Made by a program: the position numbers and the translations under genes. The notes under the pieces were generated by a model that did no database searches, was not told where the DNA came from, and saw only the letters and a program-made list of their open reading frames with translations. From assembly GCA_963799485.1 (NCBI GenBank), contig CAWCXJ010000008.1, forward strand, positions 160,001 through 224,000: DNA of 64,000 bases, written 5' to 3'. This stretch comes from an uncultured Trueperaceae bacterium (GTDB taxonomy: Bacteria; Deinococcota; Deinococci; Deinococcales; Trueperaceae). Shown here piece after piece: positions 48,568-58,800 of this stretch (the first letter of the stretch is position 1; every line of letters starts with the position of its first letter).

Positions 48568-48923
48568 GGCTCGAGCAAACCTCACGCCAGCACAAACAGG
48601 GCGGGGGCGAACACGCCGATAAAAACGCCTTTAACCCATTTCAGCAACATCTGTAATCGCCCTTGCGGTTTTACGTTCGTATTCGACTTCGTGCTGCTAC
48701 GGTTCGTAACGCACTGTACCGCTAAATGTTTACGGCTAAACAAGTACACTCACAGCACAGTACCCGTTCGTGGAACTCCGGTACTGTAAGGGTGACAGGC
48801 GTGTTCAGCCGACCTCTGTGACAACAGAATGACAGGTAATGCGGGCAAACGCTGAAAAATACCAAGAACTTTGAAAGGCTACTTTGTGTACCGATTCCAC
48901 CAACTTGTACAGGTCTCGCGTTA

Positions 48924-49823
48924 GTGGCAGACGAACTCGAGCAAGCACCGCAAACCCCAACTGAAGCCATGCCCGACGCGCCCGACGAGGGCAGCGCGGT
49001 CGAAGACTTTTTTAGTACCGACGACATCTTCCGGCGGGTGCTGGCAACGGCGGCGCACGAGCTCGAGCGCCCGACGAGCACCTTCATCTGGGGCGCACTC
49101 GCCGCCGGACTTATTCTGGGCTTTTCGTTTTTAGCGCGCGCCGTCGTTACTGCCGCCGTACCGGGGCAGCCTTCCCTGGTAGGCGACTTGCTCTATCCCG
49201 TCGGTTTTATCTTTGTGATTTTGGGCCGTTATCCGCTCTATACCGAAAATACCCTAACCCCGATGACGCTCGCCTTGACCCGTTTCGCCAGCTTGCGCGA
49301 TCTGCTGCGCATCTGGGGTTTTTCGTACCTGCCCAACCTCGTCGGCGCGGGAGTGTTCGCGCTGCTGTTGGCAGCTACCGGGATCATGCGCCCGGATACT
49401 GCCGAGGTCGCTTACAGCATGGGTGAACACCTGCTAGAAGCACCCTGGGCCGACGCTTTTTTCCGTGCGCTGCTGGCGGGTTGGCTCTTGGCCGGACTTG
49501 TCTGGTTGGTGCACGCGGCGCGCGACACGGTGTCGCGGCTGCTTCTGGTCTGGCTGGTAATCTACCTGCAGGTCTCCGCTGAGCTCTACCACTGCATCGT
49601 CGGGTCGGTCGAGGTGCTTTACGTGGTTTTTCGTGGCGATGCGAGTTTCTGGGCCTATCTGAGCGACTTTCTCGTCCCGGTCACGCTCGGTAACACCGTC
49701 GGCGGGGTGGTGTTCGTTGCGGTCTTGAACTGGGCGCAGTTTAGCCCGGACAAAGGGCACGGTCAAAGGTTCGGGCCGAAACTGTCGTGGCGGGAGTGGC
49801 TGGTGGGGCGTAAAGAGCGTTGA
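48924..49823 (+). CDS. Formate/nitrite transporter family protein (YfdC-like)
   Basis: LYPVGFIFVILGR, LYTENTL, HCIVGS, TLGNTVGG. Confidence 0.9.
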   Translation: MADELEQAPQTPTEAMPDAPDEGSAVEDFFSTDDIFRRVLATAAHELERPTSTFIWGALAAGLILGFSFLARAVVTAAVPGQPSLVGDLLYPVGFIFVILGRYPLYTENTLTPMTLALTRFASLRDLLRIWGFSYLPNLVGAGVFALLLAATGIMRPDTAEVAYSMGEHLLEAPWADAFFRALLAGWLLAGLVWLVHAARDTVSRLLLVWLVIYLQVSAELYHCIVGSVEVLYVVFRGDASFWAYLSDFLVPVTLGNTVGGVVFVAVLNWAQFSPDKGHGQRFGPKLSWREWLVGRKER

Positions 49824-49893
49824 GTCGGGTGCAGCAGGTGGTGGGCTCGCGTAGAAAAAGCAGTTACAGCTGCGGGGGAATAGGGGGAGCTAA

Positions 49894-50424
49894 ATGTTTT
49901 TTGACAACTGGTTTGGACTTTTAAGGGTTCTCGTTATCACCCCACTGGCTTATCTGGCTTTAATCGTTCTTTTACGCGTCTCGGGTAAACGCACTTTATC
50001 GAAGATGAACGCCTTCGACTTTGTTATCACAGTGGCGCTGGGTTCTACCTTCGCCTCGATTATTCTCTCGAGCAACGTGGCGCTGCTAGAAGGCGTAATG
50101 GCGTTTCTGATGCTGATTGTCAGCCAGTTCGTAATTACCTGGTTGTCGGTGCGTTCCCGGACGGTCAAGCGGTTCGTCAAGTCCGAGCCCAGCTTGCTCT
50201 TTCATCAGGGTGAGTTTTTAGACCGGGCGATGAAATACGAGCGTGTTACCCGCGAAGAAGTACTCGCCGCCGTGCGCGAAAAAGGTCAAGTAGCTTTGGG
50301 GGAGGTCGGTGCGGTGGTTTTGGAAACCGACGGCACCTTTAGCATCCTCTCGCGCGCCTCTGCCGAACAACGCTCGACCTTGCAAGATGTACGCGACATT
50401 TCCGGGAGGCTGGAACACAGCTAA
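49894..50424 (+). CDS. DUF421/YetF membrane protein
   Basis: GKRTLSKMNAFDFVITVALGS, VLETDGTFSI. Confidence 0.9.
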   Translation: MFFDNWFGLLRVLVITPLAYLALIVLLRVSGKRTLSKMNAFDFVITVALGSTFASIILSSNVALLEGVMAFLMLIVSQFVITWLSVRSRTVKRFVKSEPSLLFHQGEFLDRAMKYERVTREEVLAAVREKGQVALGEVGAVVLETDGTFSILSRASAEQRSTLQDVRDISGRLEHS

Positions 50425-50429
50425 AGAGC

Positions 50430-51239
50430 CTACAAGCCCAGCAGCTGCGCGAGCCTGACCCACTCGAGGTCGAACACCAGCGTTTTAACCGCGAGCGCCA
50501 CGACGACGACCAGAAATACGCGCCGCACCACCTCGTTGTCGAGCCTTAGGGCCAAGCGCCCGCCGAGCAGCGCCCCGAAAAACATCGCTACGCTAAGCAG
50601 CAGACCGAGCGGCCAGTTGACGAGCCCGGCCCAGATATAAACGACGGTAGCGATGAGCGACGAAAACAGGTTGATGACCTTGGTCGTCGCTACAGCCTGC
50701 AAAAAGGTCATGCCGAACAGCGCGACAAACCCGGTCGTCAGCATCGTCACGTAGCCGCCCGAAAAAAAGCCGCCGTAAACACCCAAAAAAAAGGTCAGCA
50801 GGTAGCCGCCGAGCGCCGCACCCCGCCCGATGTGCGTTTTGGGCGCCACCCCGGCGCGGCGGTTGACGATGACAAACCCTGCTACCGCAAGCATAAAAAA
50901 GGCAATCAGTAGGCCCATCGCTTCAGCCGGGACGAGGGTTACGAGATACGCGCCGACCGCCGACGCAAAAAGCGTCAGGCCGATAAACAGCGGCAGCCGC
51001 GCCCGGTCGAACTGACCCTTGCCGACAAACGGCAACGCCCCGCCGAGACTCATAAAGGTCAGGGCGAGCATGTTCGTCGCCGTAGCGACGCGCGGGTCGA
51101 TACCGAACTGCAGCATCACCGGAATCGTAATCAGCGAATTTGCGCCGGTAACGACGCCGACGATGCTCGTCAGAAAGAAGAGTACGCCGAGCAGCCCAAG
51201 CTCGAGCGGCGACAGGTTAATGGGCTGCCACAGCCTCAA
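50430..51239 (-). CDS. Sulfite exporter TauE/SafE family protein (start uncertain)
   Basis: About 8 TM helices, AtATN motif, GVYGGFFSGG. Confidence 0.85.
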   Translation of the reverse strand: MRLWQPINLSPLELGLLGVLFFLTSIVGVVTGANSLITIPVMLQFGIDPRVATATNMLALTFMSLGGALPFVGKGQFDRARLPLFIGLTLFASAVGAYLVTLVPAEAMGLLIAFFMLAVAGFVIVNRRAGVAPKTHIGRGAALGGYLLTFFLGVYGGFFSGGYVTMLTTGFVALFGMTFLQAVATTKVINLFSSLIATVVYIWAGLVNWPLGLLLSVAMFFGALLGGRLALRLDNEVVRRVFLVVVVALAVKTLVFDLEWVRLAQLLGL

Positions 51240-51708
51240 AAGCGTCGAGCTCGAGCCGGTAACGACACTTTTCCCGTTCGCCGCGCCGGTAAAGGTCGCT
51301 GCCGGGCGGTACCGCAACGATTTCGGCGAGCGTCGCCCCGAGGTATTCGCAGGTCTTACGTGAAGCGATATTGTCGGGGTTGCAGGTAATCCATAAGGGC
51401 TCGAGGCCGTGCTTTTTCGCCAGCGGTAAGAGCAGGCGGCAGGCGCGCGCCGCGTAGTGCCGACCCCGGTACGCGCGCGCCACGCCGTAGCCGATATGCC
51501 CCGCGTAATGGGTGATGTAGTGCGCGTTGCTGAGCCGCAAATCGATGTCGCCCATATATGCGCCCGTTTCGGCGTGGGTCATCGTAAACGCATAATTCGG
51601 AGCCAGCCCGAGCGAGCGGCTCCCCTTATAAGTGCGCTGCAACACAAGCGTCAATTCACCGTCTTGCAACACCCCCGGCTCGTAAAACTGGACGCCCCCG
51701 ACCCGCAT
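51217..51708 (-). CDS. GNAT acetyltransferase
   Basis: GHIGYGV, YRGRHYA, ITCNPDNIASRKTCE. Confidence 0.88.
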   Translation of the reverse strand: MRVGGVQFYEPGVLQDGELTLVLQRTYKGSRSLGLAPNYAFTMTHAETGAYMGDIDLRLSNAHYITHYAGHIGYGVARAYRGRHYAARACRLLLPLAKKHGLEPLWITCNPDNIASRKTCEYLGATLAEIVAVPPGSDLYRRGEREKCRYRLELDAFEAVAAH

Positions 51709-51712
51709 GTTT

Positions 51713-52282
51713 TCAGGCGCGCCCTAGAATAATCACGCGCTCCATTACGTCGGGCTTTGTGCCGGACGGGCGCATCGGGTCGATACGTTGCAGCTTGTCG
51801 AGAACCTCCAAGCCTTCAGTGACTTGCCCGAACACGGTGTGTTTGCCGTCTAGCCAAGGTGTTTGGGCAAAGGTGATAAAAAACTGTGACCCGTTCGTGC
51901 CGGGGCCAGCGTTGGCCATCGACAACGTCCCTTTTTGTTTGTGTGAGCGCCCGTTGTCGGTTTCGTCACCAAACTCATAGCCCGGCCCGCCGCGTCCTGA
52001 ACCGGTCGGGTCGCCGGTTTGCGCCATAAAGTCTTCCAAGACCCGGTGAAAAACGATGCCGTCGTAGTAACCGTGACGCGCCAAAAAGACGAAGTTGTTG
52101 ACGGTTTCGGGGGCGTCGTCCTGAAACAAATCGACGACGATACGGCCTTTGTTCGTTTCGATCACGGCGCGGTAATCCGTACCTGCTTCTAAAACCTGTT
52201 CGGGTTTGGCGAACTTCGTCTGACGCTCACTGCTTAGCGGTTCGGCTTCTGTGTAACCTTCTTGGTAAGCTTGGGTGTCCAT
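51713..52282 (-). CDS. Cyclophilin-type peptidyl-prolyl isomerase, cytoplasmic
   Basis: [44 protein letters not shown]. Confidence 0.95.
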   Translation of the reverse strand: MDTQAYQEGYTEAEPLSSERQTKFAKPEQVLEAGTDYRAVIETNKGRIVVDLFQDDAPETVNNFVFLARHGYYDGIVFHRVLEDFMAQTGDPTGSGRGGPGYEFGDETDNGRSHKQKGTLSMANAGPGTNGSQFFITFAQTPWLDGKHTVFGQVTEGLEVLDKLQRIDPMRPSGTKPDVMERVIILGRA

Positions 52283-52292
52283 AAAAAGCTCC

Positions 52293-53162
52293 TTACGGTT
52301 TGGGTTTTTGAATGATGGTGACGGACTCTAAAATATCGGGTTTGGCGTAAAATCCGATCAGCGTGTCGCCGCTCCCGGATTGACCGACGACAGCACTGTA
52401 ACCGGCGACTTCGAAGCGTTCGCCGGGTTCGGGCAGGTTGCCAAGTTTTTGGTCGAGGTACTCCCCGAGCGTCCCCTTTGCACCCTGCGGCAACGTCAGA
52501 CCGCCCCGCCGCACCTTGGCGAGTGCGTCATCCGGTGAAAACACATATTGCGGGTCGGATGAGGCCGGGTCGATACGCTCGAGCCTGTTCAGCACGTCCT
52601 GTCCACTTATCAGGTCGCCGAAAATCGAATAGCCGCCGTCTAACCACGGCGCGGCGGCAAAGGTGATAAAAAACTGCGACCCGTTGGTGTTCGGGCCGGC
52701 GTTCGCCATCGCCAAAACGCCCGGTTCGTCGAACGTCAGGCCGTCGGCGATTTCATCGTCGAAAGCGTAACCGGGGCCGCCCGTTCCCGTCCCTGTCGGG
52801 TCGCCGGTCTGCGCCATAAAACCGTCTAAAACACGGTGAAAGACCACACCGTCGTAAAAACGGTATCGCGCCAAAAAGACGAAGTTGTTGACCGTTTCCG
52901 GGGCCTGGTCTTCAAACAAGTCGAGTACCACCGTGCCCTTGCTCGTCTCGAGCACGGCGGCGTAATCCTTGTTGGGCTCGAGCACCATCTTCGCCTCGGC
53001 GAACTCCCGCTGTGGTGCTTCGGATAGGAAGGGAACGGCGGTGTAACCTTCCGGGATGGTCGGGGTCGTTGGGGTTGCACTCTGAGGTGCACTCTGGGCT
53101 GCATTTTGAGCGAAAGCGCTCGCTAGCAGCAAGAGAAGGAAAGCTGACAGAAGTTTGTGCAT
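52293..53162 (-). CDS. Cyclophilin-type peptidyl-prolyl isomerase, exported
   Basis: Signal peptide ending [35 protein letters not shown]. Confidence 0.93.
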   Translation of the reverse strand: MHKLLSAFLLLLLASAFAQNAAQSAPQSATPTTPTIPEGYTAVPFLSEAPQREFAEAKMVLEPNKDYAAVLETSKGTVVLDLFEDQAPETVNNFVFLARYRFYDGVVFHRVLDGFMAQTGDPTGTGTGGPGYAFDDEIADGLTFDEPGVLAMANAGPNTNGSQFFITFAAAPWLDGGYSIFGDLISGQDVLNRLERIDPASSDPQYVFSPDDALAKVRRGGLTLPQGAKGTLGEYLDQKLGNLPEPGERFEVAGYSAVVGQSGSGDTLIGFYAKPDILESVTIIQKPKP

Positions 53163-53328
53163 AGAGCCCTACTATATCCCGGCTTCCAGCGAGCGGTTTG
53201 CAACCGGGAGTCACGACGCAGGGCTTACGCATAGAACTTTGAGGTAAGCGTCATTTTTTGGGTCGCTTTCAGTGATAGGCAGTAGCGGCGTCCGTGCATA
53301 AACCCCAACGAAACGGCTAAACTAGCGT

Positions 53329-54282
53329 GTGTTTTCCGAGATTCGTTACGGCTGCGCCCGCGTCGCTGAAAGTTCAAGATTTGTGAGGTTGGGGGCTGAC
53401 CGCCTCGCCCCTTACGCCGAACTCGCGCTTGTCGGCATTACCACGCCCACCTACGACACCGACCATCACTTTACCGGCGGCTCCGTGACCAAAAACGCTG
53501 AAGCCGTGCTCGCCTTCAACCTCACTTTGGACACCGTAAACTTCGGCTCCGGTTATTTTCCGCACCTGCATAAACGCCCCGGCATGTCGGGCTACTTTAC
53601 CGTCGCGTCGGCGCTTAAAGACTACTTTGACGCACACGGTCCGCTCTCCGCCGACGAATTATGCGCGCTCACACCCGAAAAGACGGCGTCTATCTTTGCC
53701 CAAGACCTCAAAGACCCGGTGCGCGCCGAGCTGCTGCGGCATTTTACCGAAGCGCTTCAGCAGCTTGGCAGTTACCTTGCAGAAAAATTTGGCGGGTCGT
53801 TCGTCCGGCTCGTCGAACGGGCGGAGGGTTCGGCGGAAAGGCTCGCCGAACTGCTCGCGGTGATGCCCTATTTCCAAGATGTTTCGCAGTATGGAGCGCT
53901 GAACGTCCCGCTCTACAAACGTGCGCAGATTGCCGCGTCCGACCTTGCACTGGCATTTAACGGACAGGGATGGGGCGCGTTTAGCGACTTGGGGCAGCTC
54001 ACCATCTTTGCCGACAACCTCGTACCGCATGTGCTGCGCGTAGACGGCCTGCTCAGCTACGATGCGGGGCTCGCCGCACGTATCGATGCGGGAAAGCTTA
54101 TCGCTGCCGGGACACCCGAAGAGGTCGAAATCCGCGCTGTGGCCCTTCACGCCGTTGAGCAGCTTGCCGCGCTGCTACCGGGAGTGAGCGCCAGGGACCT
54201 CGACGTGTATCTCTGGAACCGGGGGCAAGGCGCAGCCTACAAAGCTGTTCCCCGCCACCGCACCCGCACGGTCTTTTATTAA
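53329..54282 (+). CDS. Queuosine salvage protein (DUF2419/Qng1 family)
   Basis: DTVNFGSG, YKRAQI, LTIFADNLVPHVL, EVEIRA, HRTRTVFY C-terminus. Confidence 0.85.
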   Translation: MFSEIRYGCARVAESSRFVRLGADRLAPYAELALVGITTPTYDTDHHFTGGSVTKNAEAVLAFNLTLDTVNFGSGYFPHLHKRPGMSGYFTVASALKDYFDAHGPLSADELCALTPEKTASIFAQDLKDPVRAELLRHFTEALQQLGSYLAEKFGGSFVRLVERAEGSAERLAELLAVMPYFQDVSQYGALNVPLYKRAQIAASDLALAFNGQGWGAFSDLGQLTIFADNLVPHVLRVDGLLSYDAGLAARIDAGKLIAAGTPEEVEIRAVALHAVEQLAALLPGVSARDLDVYLWNRGQGAAYKAVPRHRTRTVFY

Positions 54283-54300
54283 CAGCTTTTTACTGACAAG

Positions 54301-55140
54301 ATGACCGTTGCCGAGGGGCTAAAACTGGCTGAAGAACGGTTGCGGGGTGCAGGGCTCGAGACCCCGCAAACTGAAGCCCTCGCGCTCTTCGCGAACCTGT
54401 TACACCTCTCCCGGAGTGAACTCCACCTCAGCCGCGCCCGCGTTTTGACCCCTGCAGAAAGGGAACAACTAGCAGGGTGGCTCGAGCGCCGTAAACAGCG
54501 CGAACCTTTGCAGCACATTACCGGCCTCGCACCCTTTTACGGCCTCGAGCTAAACGTCACGCCGGACACGCTCATTCCACGCCCGGAGACCGAAAGGCTC
54601 GCCCAACTCGGTTTACAAGCCGTAAAGCAGCTTGCTGCGCCCAAAGTTTTGGACGTCGGTACGGGTAGTGGAGCCGTCGCGCTGGCGCTAAAAAACGAAC
54701 GCCCCGACGCTGTGGCGTGGGCGACCGACCTGTCAGCGGCGGCGCTGGACGTAGCAGAGAAAAATGCAAAACGTTTGGGACTGGAGATTCACTTTGCCCT
54801 TTCAGACCTGCTCTCTGCCCCCGCGGTGCAGGTATTTACCCGGAGCGCCGACCTGCTCATCAGCAACCCGCCTTATTTGCCCGCGGGCGACGCGGCGTGG
54901 CTCAGTCCTGAAGTTCAGCGTGACCCGCCGGGCGCGCTCTTTTCGGGCGCGGACGGGTTGAGGCATTTTCGGCAGCTCGCTGCACAAGCGCTCAAGCTGC
55001 TCAGACCGGGTGCGGTTTGCCTTTTGGAACTCGACCCGCGCAACGTGCGGCAGGCGCAGGCAGAGAGTAAAGCCTGGACGGAAACAGCCGTACTCACCGA
55101 CCTCGTAGGCCGGGAACGGTTTTTACGGCTCAGGCGTTAA
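54301..55140 (+). CDS. prmC: Release factor glutamine methyltransferase
   Basis: EPLQHITG, LIPRPETE, DVGTGSG, SNPPY. Confidence 0.95.
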   Translation: MTVAEGLKLAEERLRGAGLETPQTEALALFANLLHLSRSELHLSRARVLTPAEREQLAGWLERRKQREPLQHITGLAPFYGLELNVTPDTLIPRPETERLAQLGLQAVKQLAAPKVLDVGTGSGAVALALKNERPDAVAWATDLSAAALDVAEKNAKRLGLEIHFALSDLLSAPAVQVFTRSADLLISNPPYLPAGDAAWLSPEVQRDPPGALFSGADGLRHFRQLAAQALKLLRPGAVCLLELDPRNVRQAQAESKAWTETAVLTDLVGRERFLRLRR

Positions 55141-55622
55141 TTGTCGGTTTGGTATTCGGGGTTGGGTTTGGGGCGCTCGAGAAAGCTCGCGAGAATGAGC
55201 AGCGCCGCGCCGATAACGACGTACGAGTCGGCGACGTTAAACACCGGGAAGTTGAAGTTCGGCAGGTAGAAGTGGATAAAGTCGCGAACGTAGCCGAGCG
55301 CGAAGCGGTCGATCATATTGCCGACTGCGCCCGCTAAAATCAGCGTAAACGCCCACACCTGTGCCCGTGGCAACGTCCGCGAGTTTCTGATTAAATAAAT
55401 AAAAATCCAGAGCGCGACGACAGCCGACAAAATACCCAAAAGCAGCGTGGTGGTCGGGCCGCGCTGCAAGATACCGAAGGCCGCGCCGATGTTGCGGGTA
55501 TAGGTAAAGTTAAAACCCAAACCGAGGGGCACGCTCGGGCCGTTGAGCGGGAAGGTGTTGACCGCCCAGACTTTGGTCAGCTGGTCCAAAACGACGAGCG
55601 CCGCTGCAAAGATCAGATACAT
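55137..55622 (-). CDS. lspA: Lipoprotein signal peptidase II
   Basis: DQLTK, NIGAAFG, GAVGNMIDR, VRDFI, FNVAD; ATG 6 nt after TATACT. Confidence 0.95.
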   Translation of the reverse strand: MYLIFAAALVVLDQLTKVWAVNTFPLNGPSVPLGLGFNFTYTRNIGAAFGILQRGPTTTLLLGILSAVVALWIFIYLIRNSRTLPRAQVWAFTLILAGAVGNMIDRFALGYVRDFIHFYLPNFNFPVFNVADSYVVIGAALLILASFLERPKPNPEYQTDN

Positions 55623-55717
55623 AGACCAAGTATACACCGCTTACCGAAGACCGTACCGACAGGCGCACGCGAATTTACGCTTTTGTCGCAGGTACCGGGC
55701 GAAACTTGTGTTTTACT

Positions 55718-55737
55718 GTGTATATTATGTATACCCA
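55718..55737 (+). promoter_or_regulatory. Palindromic operator candidate upstream of gdh (GntR-like)
   Basis: GTATA-ttatg-TATAC inverted repeat overlapping a -10-like sequence. Confidence 0.35.
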
Positions 55738-55800
55738 ATACTTCGGCAAGCGCCCGGCGTTTGTCAGGGCGAGCGCTGGACTGCAAAGGAGGGGTACGCC

Positions 55801-58800
55801 GTGCCCGCGACCCTAAATCAACTGCAAGGCTTTATCAACCATAGTAAACGAAGCCGAACGCTTTCCGAGCGGCTCCTCGGGATACTTTTCGAACGTGCAG
55901 CGCCCGGCTTGCTGGAATGCTTCAAGCTGGACGGGCTCGAGGCGCTCGGCAAAGAAGCGCTGGCATTTCTGAGGGAACCCGGCGAGCTGAAAGTGCGTGT
56001 TTACAACCCGTCGGTAGAGACGCAGGGTTGGACAGTCCCCTACACCGTTTTGGCGCTCACGCTGCCCGACCGTCCCTTTATCGTCGATTCGGTGCGGGCG
56101 GCGGTGCGGCGGCAAGGTCTAGAGACCGCGCACGTCTTGCACCCGGTTCTAAGCGTCGTTCGGGAGGCGTCCGGCGAAGTAACCGAACTTCACAGCGCCG
56201 CCGGAGCCGCTGAAGCTGCCGGGCAACCGGGCGATAAAGTTGCTTTTGAAATGTTTTTCGTCTCCCCGGTCGAAAACAAAACGGCTCGAGACGCGTTAGC
56301 GGCTGAGGTTAGCGACACGCTTGCCGACGTGCTTTTGGCAACCCGCGATTACGGCGCGATGCTGGCGCGGGCGGAAAGCCTGGGGCTCGAGCTGAACGCA
56401 CTCACCGAAGCCGCAAGTGGCGAACGCGCGGATGAACTTGCCGAATACGCCGCCTTCATGCGCTGGCTCGAAGCCGACAACTTTATTTTTCTGGGCTACC
56501 GCGAATACGACATACTGGAACATGAGGGTGTCGAGAGCTTGAGGGTCACGCCCGGTTCGGGTCTTGGCATTCTGACTAAAAAGAACAGCGCGTATGAGAC
56601 GCCGAAGCCGCTCTCGGAGATTCCCGAAGGGCTGCGCGAGCGCGTCCTTGGCGGGCGCGTTCTGACCGTGACGAAAACCAACGCCGAAGCGACGGTACAC
56701 CGCCCGGTGCGGATGGATTATCTGGGGCTTAAAAAGGTGCGAGGCGGCCTCTATGTGGGGGAAAACCGTTTTGTCGGGCTCTTTACCTCGAAGGCGCTCG
56801 CGGCACCTGTCGAAGAGATTCCTATTTTACGGCGCAAACTGCGGCTCATCTTAGAACTCGATGGGGCCGAACCGGGGTCGCACGACTTTAAGCAGCTCGT
56901 CGCAGTATTCAACTCGCTGCCCCGCGACGAACTCTTCTGGAGCGACGCGCCGAGGCTTTTAAGCGATATTCGCACCGTCGTTACTGCCGCGCAGAGCGGC
57001 GGGGTACGCGTTACGGTGCGACCCGACCCGCTGGCGCGGGGGCTCGCGGTGATGGTCATCATGCCACGCGACCGTTTTAATTCGGGTGTGCGGCGGCGGG
57101 TACAGGCGTATCTGGCAGAGAAGCTCGGCGCGACCCACACCGATTATCAGCTGGTCATGGGTGAAGGCGACGAGGGGGTGCGGTTTCACTTTTTTTTCTC
57201 GACGCAGACCGACTACCGGGTGCTCGAGGTTGGCGCGCTCGAGCAGGGCGTCGCTGCCCTCACCCGCAGCTGGGGCGACCACCTCGGCGACCTTTTGACC
57301 CGGCAGCTGGGCCGCGCAGCAGGCGGACGGCTCTCAGCCCGTTACGCAGATGCGTTTGACGAACGCTACCGCGCCGACACGACGCCCGAAACCGCGCTGC
57401 GCGACGTGGAAAATCTGGAGCAACTCAGGCAGGCGGCGCAAGCGACGCCGGACACGCCCCCGTATCTCGTCACCTTGCTCAACCCGCACGAGTCGGCGCA
57501 CGCCTCGCAGCAGGGGCTGGGTGATGAGGCGAGCCACCTCGAGATTTATCACTTAGGCCGCACGCTCGTTTTGAGCGACGCCTTGCCGCTGCTTGAAAAC
57601 CTGGGGCTCAGGGTGCTCGAGCAGGTCGCCTACACCTTCGAACTGACCGATTCAGCCCGGACAATCTACGGCCTGGACATCTTCCGCGTCCAAAACCGTG
57701 ACGGCGAACCGCTCCGGGTCGAACACGACGGCGAACGCCTCCGCGCCGCGCTGACCGCGCTTTTGCAGGGTGACGCCGAAAACGACCGGATGAACCGCCT
57801 AGTTCTCTTTGCGGGGCTCACCGTGCGGCAAGTTGCGCTGCTCAGGGCGCTGCAGATGTACGCCGCGCAGCTGAGTATCAGCGTCAGCCGCAGCTTTATC
57901 GTCGATACACTGCTGAAGCATCCGGAGTTGACCGCGCAGCTCGTGAGGATATTTGAACTTAAGTTTGCGCCGGCTGTCCCAAACCGCGAAAGCAAACTTG
58001 CGGCGGCGCAGGCTACGTTCGAAGAAGCACTTCAGGGGGTTTCGTCGCTTGCCGAAGACGAAACGCTCCGCGCGCTAGGTAGTCTTATCGACGCCACCGT
58101 GCGGACGAACTACTTTTTGGACAAGCCTTACATTTCGTTCAAGCTCGAGTCCGCAAAGGTGCCGCACATGCCCGAACCACGCCCGCTTTTTGAAATCGCC
58201 GTGTCTGCGCCGCACGTCGTCGGGACGCACCTGCGCGGGGGCCGGGTCGCGCGCGGCGGGCTGCGCTGGAGCGACCGCCCCGACGACTTTCGCACCGAAG
58301 TCCTGGGCCTCATGAAAACCCAGATGACCAAAAACGCCGTTATCGTCCCCGTAGGTTCCAAAGGCGGCTTTGTCCTAAAAGGTGCGCCGGCCGAGCGAGA
58401 CGCGCTGCAGGCGTTTGTCCGTGAGCAGTACCAGACCTACTTGCGCGGGCTGTTGGACCTGACCGGCAATATGGTAAACGGGGAGCCGGTCGTACCGGAA
58501 GGTCTCGTGGTGTACGACGACCCCGACCCCTATCTGGTCGTCGCTGCCGACAAGGGCACGGCGACGTTTTCCGACCTTGCGAACGAGACCGCCGCCGAAT
58601 ACGATTTCTGGTTGGGCGACGCGTTCGCTTCGGGCGGCTCGCATGGCTACGACCACAAGGCCGAGGGGATTACCGCGCGTGGCGCGTGGGAGAGCGTCAA
58701 GCGGCATTTTCTCGAGCTCGGCGTCAACGTCACGCGCGACGCCGTCACCGTTTTCGGGATCGGCGACATGTCCGGCGACGTGTTCGGCAACGGCCTCCTT

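Noticed and set aside
53163..53328. preQ1 riboswitch before the queuosine salvage gene
   Set aside because: No recognisable preQ1 motif; the gene appears leaderless (TAAACT 5 nt before GTG).
55543..55800. Long N-terminal extensions given for gdh (also hemW, the methyltransferase, lnt, dctQ, TauE)
   Set aside because: They overlap divergent or upstream genes or promoters; better starts with SD or -10 support lie downstream.
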